A stretch of DNA of 64,000 nucleotides from Gammaproteobacteria bacterium (GCA_965222615.1 CBDCUI010000007.1:192001-256000), one strand, 5' to 3'. Numbered from the stretch's first letter, positions 12,401 to 18,622 are shown. Numbers and translations: made by a program. Notes: generated by a model not told the origin, from the letters alone.

Positions 12401-15400
12401 ACCGGTGTTGTCGACACTGCCCGCATCCACTTCCGCTTGCGTCACCACATGCGTACCCGTCAACACACAGGTCGCACTCGCCGCTAAGGTCGCACACGTA
12501 TTCGAGTTCGGCGTTAACAACGCATCACTCACCACCACGTTGTTCAACGTCGTCGTGCCGTCGTTGGTCACCGTCACACTGTACGTTAAGGTGTCATTTA
12601 AGCTGACATCGCCCGAACCGTCTTCATCCGCATGGCTATCCAAGGTCTTGGCAATCGCTAAACTATGATTTTGTGCCACCGGCGTGCTCAGCGTCACCGT
12701 CGTCGGACCCGGCACTTCGGTACTGGTCACACTACCGGTGTTGTCGACACTGCCCGCATCCACTTCCGCTTGCGTCACCACATGCGTACCCGTCAACACA
12801 CAGGTCGCACTCGCCGCTAAGGTCGCACACGTATTCGAGTTCGGCGTTAACAACGCATCACTCACCACCACGTTGTTCAACGTCGTCGTGCCGTCGTTGG
12901 TCACCGTCACACTGTACGTTAAGGTGTCATTTAAGCTGACATCGCCCGAACCGTCTTCATCCGCATGGCTATCCAAGGTCTTGGCAATCGCTAAACTATG
13001 ATTTTGTGCCACCGGCGTGCTCAGCGTCACCGTCGTCGGACCCGGCACTTCGGTACTGGTCACACTACCGGTGTTGTCGACACTGCCCGCATCCACTTCC
13101 GCTTGCGTCACCACATGCGTACCCGTCAACACACAGGTCGCACTCGCCGCTAAGGTCGCACACGTATTCGAGTTCGGCGTTAACAACGCATCACTCACCA
13201 CCACGTTGTTCAACGTCGTCGTGCCGTCGTTGGTCACCGTCACACTGTACGTTAAGGTGTCATTTAAGCTGACATCGCCCGAACCGTCTTCATCCGCATG
13301 GCTATCCAAGGTCTTGGCAATCGCTAAACTATGATTTTGTGCCACCGGCGTGCTCAGCGTCACCGTCGTCGGACCCGGCACTTCGGTACTGGTCACACTA
13401 CCGGTGTTGTCGACACTGCCCGCATCCACTTCCGCTTGCGTCACCACATGCGTACCCGTCAACACACAGGTCGCACTCGCCGCTAAGGTCGCACACGTAT
13501 TCGAGTTCGGCGTTAACAACGCATCACTCACCACCACGTTGTTCAACGTCGTCGTGCCGTCGTTGGTCACCGTCACACTGTACGTTAAGGTGTCATTTAA
13601 GCTGACATCGCCCGAACCGTCTTCATCCGCATGGCTATCCAAGGTCTTGGCAATCGCTAAACTATGATTTTGTGCCACCGGCGTGCTCAGCGTCACCGTC
13701 GTCGGACCCGGCACTTCGGTACTGGTCACACTACCGGTGTTGTCGACACTGCCCGCATCCACTTCCGCTTGCGTCACCACATGCGTACCCGTCAACACAC
13801 AGGTCGCACTCGCCGCTAAGGTCGCACACGTATTCGAGTTCGGCGTTAACAACGCATCACTCACCACCACGTTGTTCAACGTCGTCGTGCCGTCGTTGGT
13901 CACCGTCACACTGTACGTTAAGGTGTCATTTAAGCTGACATCGCCCGAACCGTCTTCATCCGCATGGCTATCCAAGGTCTTGGCAATCGCTAAACTATGA
14001 TTTTGTGCCACCGGCGTGCTCAGCGTCACCGTCGTCGGACCCGGCACTTCGGTACTGGTCACACTACCGGTGTTGTCGACACTGCCCGCATCCACTTCCG
14101 CTTGCGTCACCACATGCGTACCCGTCAACACACAGGTCGCACTCGCCGCTAAGGTCGCACACGTATTCGAGTTCGGCGTTAACAACGCATCACTCACCAC
14201 CACGTTGTTCAACGTCGTCGTGCCGTCGTTGGTCACCGTCACACTGTACGTTAAGGTGTCATTTAAGCTGACATCGCCCGAACCGTCTTCATCCGCATGG
14301 CTATCCAAGGTCTTGGCAATCGCTAAACTATGATTTTGTGCCACCGGCGTGCTCAGCGTCACCGTCGTCGGACCCGGCACTTCGGTACTGGTCACACTAC
14401 CGGTGTTGTCGACACTGCCCGCATCCACTTCCGCTTGCGTCACCACATGCGTACCCGTCAACACACAGGTCGCACTCGCCGCTAAGGTCGCACACGTATT
14501 CGAGTTCGGCGTTAACAACGCATCACTCACCACCACGTTGTTCAACGTCGTCGTGCCGTCGTTGGTCACCGTCACACTGTACGTTAAGGTGTCATTTAAG
14601 CTGACATCGCCCGAACCGTCTTCATCCGCATGGCTATCCAAGGTCTTGGCAATCGCTAAACTATGATTTTGTGCCACCGGCGTGCTCAGCGTCACCGTCG
14701 TCGGACCCGGCACTTCGGTACTGGTCACACTACCGGTGTTGTCGACACTGCCCGCATCCACTTCCGCTTGCGTCACCACATGCGTACCCGTCAACACACA
14801 GGTCGCACTCGCCGCTAAGGTCGCACACGTATTCGAGTTCGGCGTTAACAACGCATCACTCACCACCACGTTGTTCAACGTCGTCGTGCCGTCGTTGGTC
14901 ACCGTCACACTGTACGTTAAGGTGTCATTTAAGCTGACATCGCCCGAACCGTCTTCATCCGCATGGCTATCCAAGGTCTTGGCAATCGCTAAACTATGAT
15001 TTTGTGCCACCGGCGTGCTCAGCGTCACCGTCGTCGGACCCGGCACTTCGGTACTGGTCACACTACCGGTGTTGTCGACACTGCCCGCATCCACTTCCGC
15101 TTGCGTCACCACATGCGTACCCGTCAACACACAGGTCGCACTCGCCGCTAAGGTCGCACACGTATTCGAGTTCGGCGTTAACAACGCATCACTCACCACC
15201 ACGTTGTTCAACGTCGTCGTGCCGTCGTTGGTCACCGTCACACTGTACGTTAAGGTGTCATTTAAGCTGACATCGCCCGAACCGTCTTCATCCGCATGGC
15301 TATCCAAGGTCTTGGCAATCGCTAAACTATGATTTTGTGCCACCGGCGTGCTCAGCGTCACCGTCGTCGGACCCGGCACTTCGGTACTGGTCACACTACC

Positions 15401-16129
15401 GGTGTTGTCGACACTGCCCGCATCCACTTCCGCTTGCGTCACCACATGCGTACCCGTCAACACACAGGTCGCACTCGCCGCTAAGGTCGCACACGTATTC
15501 GAGTTCGGCGTTAACAACGCATCACTCACCACCACGTTGTTCAACGTCGTCGTGCCGTCGTTGGTCACCGTCACACTGTACGTTAAGGTGTCATTTAAGC
15601 TGACATCGCCCGAACCGTCTTCATCCGCATGGCTATCCAAGGTCTTGGCAATCGCTAAACTATGATTTTGTGCCACCGGCGTGCTCAGCGTCACCGTCGT
15701 CGGACCCGGCACTTCGGTACTGGTCACACTACCGGTGTTGTCGACACTGCCCGCATCCACTTCCGCTTGCGTCACCACATGCGTACCCGTCAACACACAG
15801 GTCGCACTCGCCGCTAAGGTCGCACACGTATTCGAGTTCGGCGTTAACAACGCATCACTCACCACCACGTTGTTCAACGTCGTCGTGCCGTCGTTGGTCA
15901 CCGTCACACTGTACGTTAAGGTGTCATTTAAGCTGACATCGCCCGAACCGTCTTCATCCGCATGGCTATCCAAGGTCTTGGCAATCGCTAAACTATGATT
16001 TTGTGCCACCGGCGTGCTCAGCGTCACCGTCGTCGGACCCGGCACTTCGGTACTGGTCACACTACCGGTGTTGTCGACACTGCCCGCATCCACTTCCGCT
16101 TGCGTCACCACATGCGTACCCGTCAACAC
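458..16129 (-). CDS. Giant surface adhesin-like protein, main part: DUF11/DUF7507-like Ig repeats, DxDxDG Ca loops, SdrD-B-like domain, OmpA domain, C-terminal outer-membrane beta-barrel
   Basis: 5223-aa ORF. 111-aa repeats (LAIAKT..TLTYSVTVTNDG..VVSD..VTQAEVDAGSVDNTGSV); DUF11 domains (ADLSLTKVV..VIDQLPVG; LLLSKTATP..PDNIPAGF); OmpA motifs (IVGHTD..N.GLSIARA..RNRRVEV); alternating beta-strand pattern ending in WFFDITGKY. Same frame as 16301-17641. Confidence 0.9.
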   Translation of the reverse strand: MLTGTHVVTQAEVDAGSVDNTGSVTSTEVPGPTTVTLSTPVAQNHSLAIAKTLDSHADEDGSGDVSLNDTLTYSVTVTNDGTTTLNNVVVSDALLTPNSNTCATLAASATCVLTGTHVVTQAEVDAGSVDNTGSVTSTEVPGPTTVTLSTPVAQNHSLAIAKTLDSHADEDGSGDVSLNDTLTYSVTVTNDGTTTLNNVVVSDALLTPNSNTCATLAASATCVLTGTHVVTQAEVDAGSVDNTGSVTSTEVPGPTTVTLSTPVAQNHSLAIAKTLDSHADEDGSGDVSLNDTLTYSVTVTNDGTTTLNNVVVSDALLTPNSNTCATLAASATCVLTGTHVVTQAEVDAGSVDNTGSVTSTEVPGPTTVTLSTPVAQNHSLAIAKTLDSHADEDGSGDVSLNDTLTYSVTVTNDGTTTLNNVVVSDALLTPNSNTCATLAASATCVLTGTHVVTQAEVDAGSVDNTGSVTSTEVPGPTTVTLSTPVAQNHSLAIAKTLDSHADEDGSGDVSLNDTLTYSVTVTNDGTTTLNNVVVSDALLTPNSNTCATLAASATCVLTGTHVVTQAEVDAGSVDNTGSVTSTEVPGPTTVTLSTPVAQNHSLAIAKTLDSHADEDGSGDVSLNDTLTYSVTVTNDGTTTLNNVVVSDALLTPNSNTCATLAASATCVLTGTHVVTQAEVDAGSVDNTGSVTSTEVPGPTTVTLSTPVAQNHSLAIAKTLDSHADEDGSGDVSLNDTLTYSVTVTNDGTTTLNNVVVSDALLTPNSNTCATLAASATCVLTGTHVVTQAEVDAGSVDNTGSVTSTEVPGPTTVTLSTPVAQNHSLAIAKTLDSHADEDGSGDVSLNDTLTYSVTVTNDGTTTLNNVVVSDALLTPNSNTCATLAASATCVLTGTHVVTQAEVDAGSVDNTGSVTSTEVPGPTTVTLSTPVAQNHSLAIAKTLDSHADEDGSGDVSLNDTLTYSVTVTNDGTTTLNNVVVSDALLTPNSNTCATLAASATCVLTGTHVVTQAEVDAGSVDNTGSVTSTEVPGPTTVTLSTPVAQNHSLAIAKTLDSHADEDGSGDVSLNDTLTYSVTVTNDGTTTLNNVVVSDALLTPNSNTCATLAASATCVLTGTHVVTQAEVDAGSVDNTGSVTSTEVPGPTTVTLSTPVAQNHSLAIAKTLDSHADEDGSGDVSLNDTLTYSVTVTNDGTTTLNNVVVSDALLTPNSNTCATLAASATCVLTGTHVVTQAEVDAGSVDNTGSVTSTEVPGPTTVTLSTPVAQNHSLAIAKTLDSHADEDGSGDVSLNDTLTYSVTVTNDGTTTLNNVVVSDALLTPNSNTCATLAASATCVLTGTHVVTQAEVDAGSVDNTGSVTSTEVPGPTTVTLSTPVAQNHSLAIAKTLDSHADEDGSGDVSLNDTLTYSVTVTNDGTTTLNNVVVSDALLTPNSNTCATLAASATCVLTGTHVVTQAEVDAGSVDNTGSVTSTEVPGPTTVTLSTPVAQNHSLAIAKTLDSHADEDGSGDVSLNDTLTYSVTVTNDGTTTLNNVVVSDALLTPNSNTCATLAASATCVLTGTHVVTQAEVDAGSVDNTGSVTSTEVPGPTTVTLSTPVAQNHSLAIAKTLDSHADEDGSGDVSLNDTLTYSVTVTNDGTTTLNNVVVSDALLTPNSNTCATLAASATCVLTGTHVVTQAEVDAGSVDNTGSVTSTEVPGPTTVTLSTPVAQNHSLAIAKTLDSHADEDGSGDVSLNDTLTYSVTVTNDGTTTLNNVVVSDALLTPNSNTCATLAASATCVLTGTHVVTQAEVDAGSVDNTGSVTSTEVPGPTTVTLSTPVAQNHSLAIAKTLDSHADEDGSGDVSLNDTLTYSVTVTNDGTTTLNNVVVSDALLTPNSNTCATLAASATCVLTGTHVVTQAEVDAGSVDNTGSVTSTEVPGPTTVTLSTPVAQNHSLAIAKTLDSHADEDGSGDVSLNDTLTYSVTVTNDGTTTLNNVVVSDALLTPNSNTCATLAASATCVLTGTHVVTQAEVDAGSVDNTGSVTSTEVPGPTTVTLSTPVAQNHSLAIAKTLDSHADEDGSGDVSLNDTLTYSVTVTNDGTTTLNNVVVSDALLTPNSNTCATLAASATCVLTGTHVVTQAEVDAGSVDNTGSVTSTEVPGPTTVTLSTPVAQNHSLAIAKTLDSHADEDGSGDVSLNDTLTYSVTVTNDGTTTLNNVVVSDALLTPNSNTCATLAASATCVLTGTHVVTQAEVDAGSVDNTGSVTSTEVPGPTTVTLSTPVAQNHSLAIAKTLDSHADEDGSGDVSLNDTLTYSVTVTNDGTTTLNNVVVSDALLTPNSNTCATLAASATCVLTGTHVVTQAEVDAGSVDNTGSVTSTEVPGPTTVTLSTPVAQNHSLAIAKTLDSHADEDGSGDVSLNDTLTYSVTVTNDGTTTLNNVVVSDALLTPNSNTCATLAASATCVLTGTHVVTQAEVDAGSVDNTGSVTSTEVPGPTTVTLSTPVAQNHSLAIAKTLDSHADEDGSGDVSLNDTLTYSVTVTNDGTTTLNNVVVSDALLTPNSNTCATLAASATCVLTGTHVVTQAEVDAGSVDNTGSVTSTEVPGPTTVTLSTPVAQNHSLAIAKTLDSHADEDGSGDVSLNDTLTYSVTVTNDGTTTLNNVVVSDALLTPNSNTCATLAASATCVLTGTHVVTQAEVDAGSVDNTGSVTSTEVPGPTTVTLSTPVAQNHSLAIAKTLDSHADEDGSGDVSLNDTLTYSVTVTNDGTTTLNNVVVSDALLTPNSNTCATLAASATCVLTGTHVVTQAEVDAGSVDNTGSVTSTEVPGPTTVTLSTPVAQNHSLAIAKTLDSHADEDGSGDVSLNDTLTYSVTVTNDGTTTLNNVVVSDALLTPNSNTCATLAASATCVLTGTHVVTQAEVDAGSVDNTGSVTSTEVPGPTTVTLSTPVAQNHSLAIAKTLDSHADEDGSGDVSLNDTLTYSVTVTNDGTTTLNNVVVSDALLTPNSNTCATLAASATCVLTGTHVVTQAEVDAGSVDNTGSVTSTEVPGPTTVTLSTPVAQNHSLAIAKTLDSHADEDGSGDVSLNDTLTYSVTVTNDGTTTLNNVVVSDALLTPNSNTCATLAASATCVLTGTHVVTQAEVDAGSVDNTGSVTSTEVPGPTTVTLSTPVAQNHSLAIAKTLDSHADEDGSGDVSLNDTLTYSVTVTNDGTTTLNNVVVSDALLTPNSNTCATLAASATCVLTGTHVVTQAEVDAGSVDNTGSVTSTEVPGPTTVTLSTPVAQNHSADLSLTKVVNSAAPAIGDNVIFTITVNNAGTGAATDVEVIDQLPVGFTYVSDDSSGTYNSVTGVWAVGTISNSGNATLNITATVNAATGAAGEYLNTAEVSACDQPDPDSTPNNNTPSEDDQDSVLVSIDTDGDGIPDLVEPCTGDRDGDGVPDCQDFDPIGYFYCEDTGQIIPGGNVSFTPTGAGIVTTIEDGSTGRYQAVFNGNDTYTMAITIPPGTTLSTTRLTAGAIDPTGGPNPTSLGGNESGTTGFLTDFSAAANTPWYTNFIIEAGDPFIINNNIPLTNCTTFTNPLLLSKTATPDEVVIGDVVQYTLQIENTDAIAFTNIDVPDNIPAGFSYVSDSALVITAGPDGIINTGDEIQSTVSVTGSDPITFEDIDVAANETLLIRYLLRVSSGVVEGEYTNTAQVIGGVGGITLSNAASATVRVVQDPILQKTTIIGKVFNDSDEDGWQDSATATGVKIKSDHFGWNSHLVGTIKGRSSVLDSLEDHQVSVHMPLNLEGNNNFHVVTDEGTVIKVDDDGNVTEKHVGKKAKGLTAQDIVVSSEREGDDLVITIINLGVHEMGIPGVRLATVKGLIVETDQYGRYHLADIDGGRWERGRNFIIKVDPATLPEGSTFTTENPRVLRITQALMSKFNFGVKLPQQDVPYGDKQFGVARKVENETEVTETKEINNVISPIFYGSGEAEITNRQLKRLQEVMDALQDKENIRVKIVGHTDPQRLSHRIKPIYKDNYGLSIARAEQVAEQLKATLALEESKIIIEGKGPDVPVASNATASGMARNRRVEVQVLYDETTVKRVVNVDYVPVERPAIKREVTLPNGGAIWAVEDPAIIDPRLNVTALGSVVFENGKVTQPVRFQLYSNYAAFIDHWELEIYSHDDRDLITPIDTLSGKEIYLAEAIEWNAQQIDAKYFEPGESLTYVLKAYDKQGRIDETAPHVLAVVDKELTNLERRFSEPEVDETEVANAAYGESSLVRQTIPISGSRIRVNGLDVDTDYVITINGEKAVIDEEGKFVVEQHLPVGQHDLTVKVSDGNEIDYDRTLNVNVSGKYMFMVGIANLTVGENSVSGSVEPLGDDDHFDEEVYVDGRVAFYLKGKIKGKYLVTAQLDTTEDELHKLHDRLEEEDPSAIFRRLDPEQQYAVYGDDSTTIDDTDSQGAFYIRVDWDKSRALWGNYNTDLTGTEFAQYNRSLYGAKLEHRNVDTTSFGEHKHEIHAFASEAQTAAAHNEFEGTGGSLYYLRDTDVVQGSEKVWVEVRRRDTEQIVENIVLEHGRDYDIDYIQGRIILTRPLSQVQLRSGPAIIKSTPLEGDDVFLLVDYEYRPDAFTADDLTTGARGKAWLNDYIAIGGTYVNEERDGTDYELKGSDVTLRAGKGTYLKLEYAESDAAQASNSFTSANGGISFNTLSTSNAGSNGNAVGVEARINFAELSDHQEGYILGWWKDRDAGFSSTARLDDGIETTDTGIEAQWLMTDRLGLTARATQLERKTQNELTTLSIQADYELTDKLSVGAELRHEKDEDDSGIGVDSEATLGGVEVRYNLDEHTNVYASGQTVIEEDDEYEDNDLVTAGIEKQVSDKLAVKGEVATGDRGDAVIAGFEYDITPNLNISAEAGFGSGAVNQVGTNYTTANGLELYGSYAIDPDRTDSFENMFTFGARKRYGNGLSLYSESQFGEGEHEHEQSVARTYGLDFDLTEQWRLSASVQTNDIEQDAGDFDRRAATLGAKFIDDDLKFSTVLEYRQDENEASNEDTSQWLTTNAIEWQQSESLRWLGKLDLSTTHSSANDNDEGKYVELDLGFAYRPAFNDRLNLLGKYTFIYDLATTGQDTSLADQRSHVFAIEGLYDLNQKWEIGAKLAYKTGDTRLTRGAGPWFETGAHLAVARARYHLLKKWDALFEYRWLETEENDDHKDGALVGMYRHIGDHLKVGAGYNFTDFSDDLTDNDYDSNGWFFDITGKY

Positions 16130-16724
16130 ACAGGTCGCACTCGCCGCTAAGGTCGCACACGTATTCGAGTTCGGCGTACCCGTAACAACGCATCACAGGT
16201 CGCAACAACGCATCACTCACCACCACGTTGTTCAACGTTCGTCCTGTACGTTAAGGTGTCATTTAAGCTGACATCGCCCGAACCGTCTTCATCCGCATGG
16301 CTATCCAAGGTCAACTATGGTGTCATTTAAGCTGACATCGCCCGAACCGTCTTCATCCGCATGGCTATCCAAGGTCTTGGCAATCGCTAAACTATGATTT
16401 TGTGCCACCGGCGTGCTCAGCGTCACCGTCGTCGGACCCGGCACTTCGGTACTGGTCACACTACCGGTGTTGTCGACACTGCCCGCATCCACTTCCGCTT
16501 GCGTCACCACATGCGTACCCGTCAACACACAGGTCGCACTCGCCGCTAAGGTCGCACACGTATTCGAGTTCGGCGTTAACAACGCATCACTCACCACCAC
16601 GTTGTTCAACGTCGTCGTGCCGTCGTTGGTCACCGTCACACTGTACGTTAAGGTGTCATTTAAGCTGACATCGCCCGAACCGTCTTCATCCGCATGGCTA
16701 TCCAAGGTCTTGGCAATCGCTAAA
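6335..16724. repeat. Intragenic tandem repeat, 333-bp unit x31 (29 identical, one scrambled 399-bp unit, one more identical)
   Basis: Shadow ORFs recur every 333 bp from 6357 to 16014, then at 16413. I saw no substitutions between intact copies. Confidence 0.97.
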
Positions 16725-17641
16725 GAGGGTATAGCTGCAGTCAAATCGTCAGTTGCAGTTGCACTGTCAGCTGCTTCATCCGTGCTTACTACGCCCGTGG
16801 TATTGGTGTGCGTACCTTGTGTGGCAGAGGTCACGTCTACTGTAATCGAGCAACTGCCCGACGCCGGAATGGTGCCACCGCTTAGTGTCACATTACCGCC
16901 GCCATCCACCGCAGTTAGGATGCCGCCACAATCGGTGCTTGCATTCGCTGGTGTCGTATTGGTAATCTCAGTTGGGTAGGTATCCGTCATCGCTGCGTTA
17001 GTTAACGCAAACGCGTTCGGATTCGTGATCGTGATCGTTAATGTACTGGTACCGTTTACCGCGATGTTGTCCGGACTAAAGACTTTCGTTATTGTTGGTG
17101 CTTCATTGTCATCATTAGTGTAAGTACAAGTGACATTGTCGTTTACCGCCAAGGTTAAGTTCGGCGCCGCCTGTGTTACACCACTGACATCAGTACCACC
17201 AGCCGTGGCATTAGTACACGCTAAGGTCGTCCAGGTGTAACCCGCAATTGCAGCTTCGCTTAATACATACGTACCGACATTGACACTAGCATTGGTAACC
17301 GCCGCATCACCTTCGTTGCCACTGATCGTTTGTGGCCCGGTTGCAGTTAAGATGAAGTCAGTATCCACGGCAGTACCACCATCGTCATTGGTGACATCTT
17401 TCACTAAGGTCAAGACCGCTTTAGCGAGCGTATTACTATCCGTAGCGCTATTATTACCAGGCACAGGATCGGTTACACCGGGGGGGACTGTAACCGTTGC
17501 AGTATTGACTAAGGGATCTGGAAAACCAGCTTGAGACGAAAATGGAACCAATAAAATAATTAACGAAAAGAAATACTTACAGGTAGATGTAAGTTTGCGC
17601 ATTGGTTGCTTTGTTTGATTTCGTCCTATGAAAACCTGCAC
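16301..17641 (-). CDS. N-terminal part of the same giant protein (signal peptide, orphan DUF11 tail, SpaA-like domain, DUF11-like domain, first repeat); split from the main ORF by a scrambled repeat unit
   Basis: GTG 17641 has AAGGGA 8 nt upstream (alternative ATG 17602). Signal peptide ..KYFFSLIILLVPFSSQA|G. Contains one intact 111-aa repeat. In frame with 458-16129 (offset 1512 = 504 codons). Confidence 0.85.
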   Translation of the reverse strand: MQVFIGRNQTKQPMRKLTSTCKYFFSLIILLVPFSSQAGFPDPLVNTATVTVPPGVTDPVPGNNSATDSNTLAKAVLTLVKDVTNDDGGTAVDTDFILTATGPQTISGNEGDAAVTNASVNVGTYVLSEAAIAGYTWTTLACTNATAGGTDVSGVTQAAPNLTLAVNDNVTCTYTNDDNEAPTITKVFSPDNIAVNGTSTLTITITNPNAFALTNAAMTDTYPTEITNTTPANASTDCGGILTAVDGGGNVTLSGGTIPASGSCSITVDVTSATQGTHTNTTGVVSTDEAADSATATDDLTAAIPSLAIAKTLDSHADEDGSGDVSLNDTLTYSVTVTNDGTTTLNNVVVSDALLTPNSNTCATLAASATCVLTGTHVVTQAEVDAGSVDNTGSVTSTEVPGPTTVTLSTPVAQNHSLAIAKTLDSHADEDGSGDVSLNDTIVDLG

Positions 17642-17668
17642 TTAGTTAGTCCCTTAACAGCTTTATTA

Positions 17669-17912
17669 GGCCAAACCCGCCCGTAGACGATTTGGAAAAT
17701 TTCCAAATCGCTACTCAAAAAATGTATTGAGTAATTGAGGTCGAATTACCGAGTTAGTAACTGTTCAATAATCAGAACAGTCTCACTAAGTTATTGACTT
17801 TTTAGGAAAAATTAATTTCTCTAGTAATTGTCAATAGTACGGGCACAGCGTCAAATTTTAGACGCTCTAGCTCTCAAATCTAAGGATTTACTAAGGAAAA
17901 CCCGATTTAGGC
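17669..17912 (-). promoter_or_regulatory. Highly structured putative 5' leader of the giant-protein operon
   Basis: GCCCGTA 17679-85 pairs with TACGGGC 17838-44 and encloses hairpins at 17688-17710, 17712-17733, 17731-17749, 17754-17789 and 17792-17836. Further hairpins at 17847-66 and 17876-89. Confidence 0.55.
17850..17863. promoter_or_regulatory. FleQ-box-like operator candidate (GTCAAATTTTAGAC)
   Basis: One mismatch to GTCA-N6(AT-rich)-TGAC, upstream of an adhesin gene. Confidence 0.3.
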
Positions 17913-18061
17913 TATAGTTTTAGCGATAAAAGGGGTTCAGAAAAAATAAACTAGATATAATGATAAGCTGTTGATTATTAAAGATAAATGGCAATTTTTC
18001 CCACAGAATTTTACAATTGATCAAGCAATAGAATAATTCCTTATAATTCAATGAGTTATAC

Positions 18062-18622
18062 TTAAGCTGTCTTCCATTTAATATTACAACCGATACTTGG
18101 TTTTTGCTCAGGATTGACTGTATTTCCTGAAAGGATGGCATCGAGTGCATTACGCAAATCTCGCCCGGTTGTGGGAATGTCGTTACCTGGGCGGGAATCA
18201 TCTAACTGTCCTCGATATACACATTTCAACTCTTGATCAAAAACAAAGAAGTCAGGGGTACAGGTGGCATCATAGGCACGGGCAACTTCTTGAGTTTCAT
18301 CATACAAGTACGGAAATGCGTAACCCAATGAATTTGCCAGTGTTTGCATCTTATCTGGTGCATCCTCTGGATAATTGTTTACATCATTCGAACTGATCGC
18401 AATAATCCCTATCCCCTTAGATATGTATTCTTTACCAAGTTTTACCAGTTCACTTTGAATATGTTTTACGAAAGGACAGTGATTACAAATAAACATCACC
18501 AATGTAGCGAGTTCGCCTTTCAGCTCTTGTAAGCTTAGTTTGTTTCCAGAAATTGTATCGGGCAAGCAAAAGTCAGGGGCCGATGTACCTAATGGCATCA
18601 TATTTGACGGGGTTTGTACCAT
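18062..18622 (-). CDS. Thioredoxin-fold (redoxin/AhpC-TSA-like) family protein
   Basis: FICNHCPFV, YDATCTPDFF, YRGQLDDSRP and PSIGCNIKWK motifs. Confidence 0.93.
   Translation of the reverse strand: MVQTPSNMMPLGTSAPDFCLPDTISGNKLSLQELKGELATLVMFICNHCPFVKHIQSELVKLGKEYISKGIGIIAISSNDVNNYPEDAPDKMQTLANSLGYAFPYLYDETQEVARAYDATCTPDFFVFDQELKCVYRGQLDDSRPGNDIPTTGRDLRNALDAILSGNTVNPEQKPSIGCNIKWKTA

Noticed and set aside
6335-16724. Possible CRISPR array or DGR template
   Set aside because: No spacers, the unit is an in-frame protein domain, and there are no cas or reverse transcriptase genes or adenine-specific variation.
6322-16979. Dozens of 88-aa and 105-aa plus-strand ORFs
   Set aside because: Antisense shadows of the 333-bp coding repeat.
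17668-17685. RfaH ops element (minus strand GGGCGGGTTTGG)
   Set aside because: Does not match the GGCGGTAG core.
17920-18201. 93-aa minus-strand ORF
   Set aside because: Alternative frame overlapping the thioredoxin-family gene end and AT-rich spacer.
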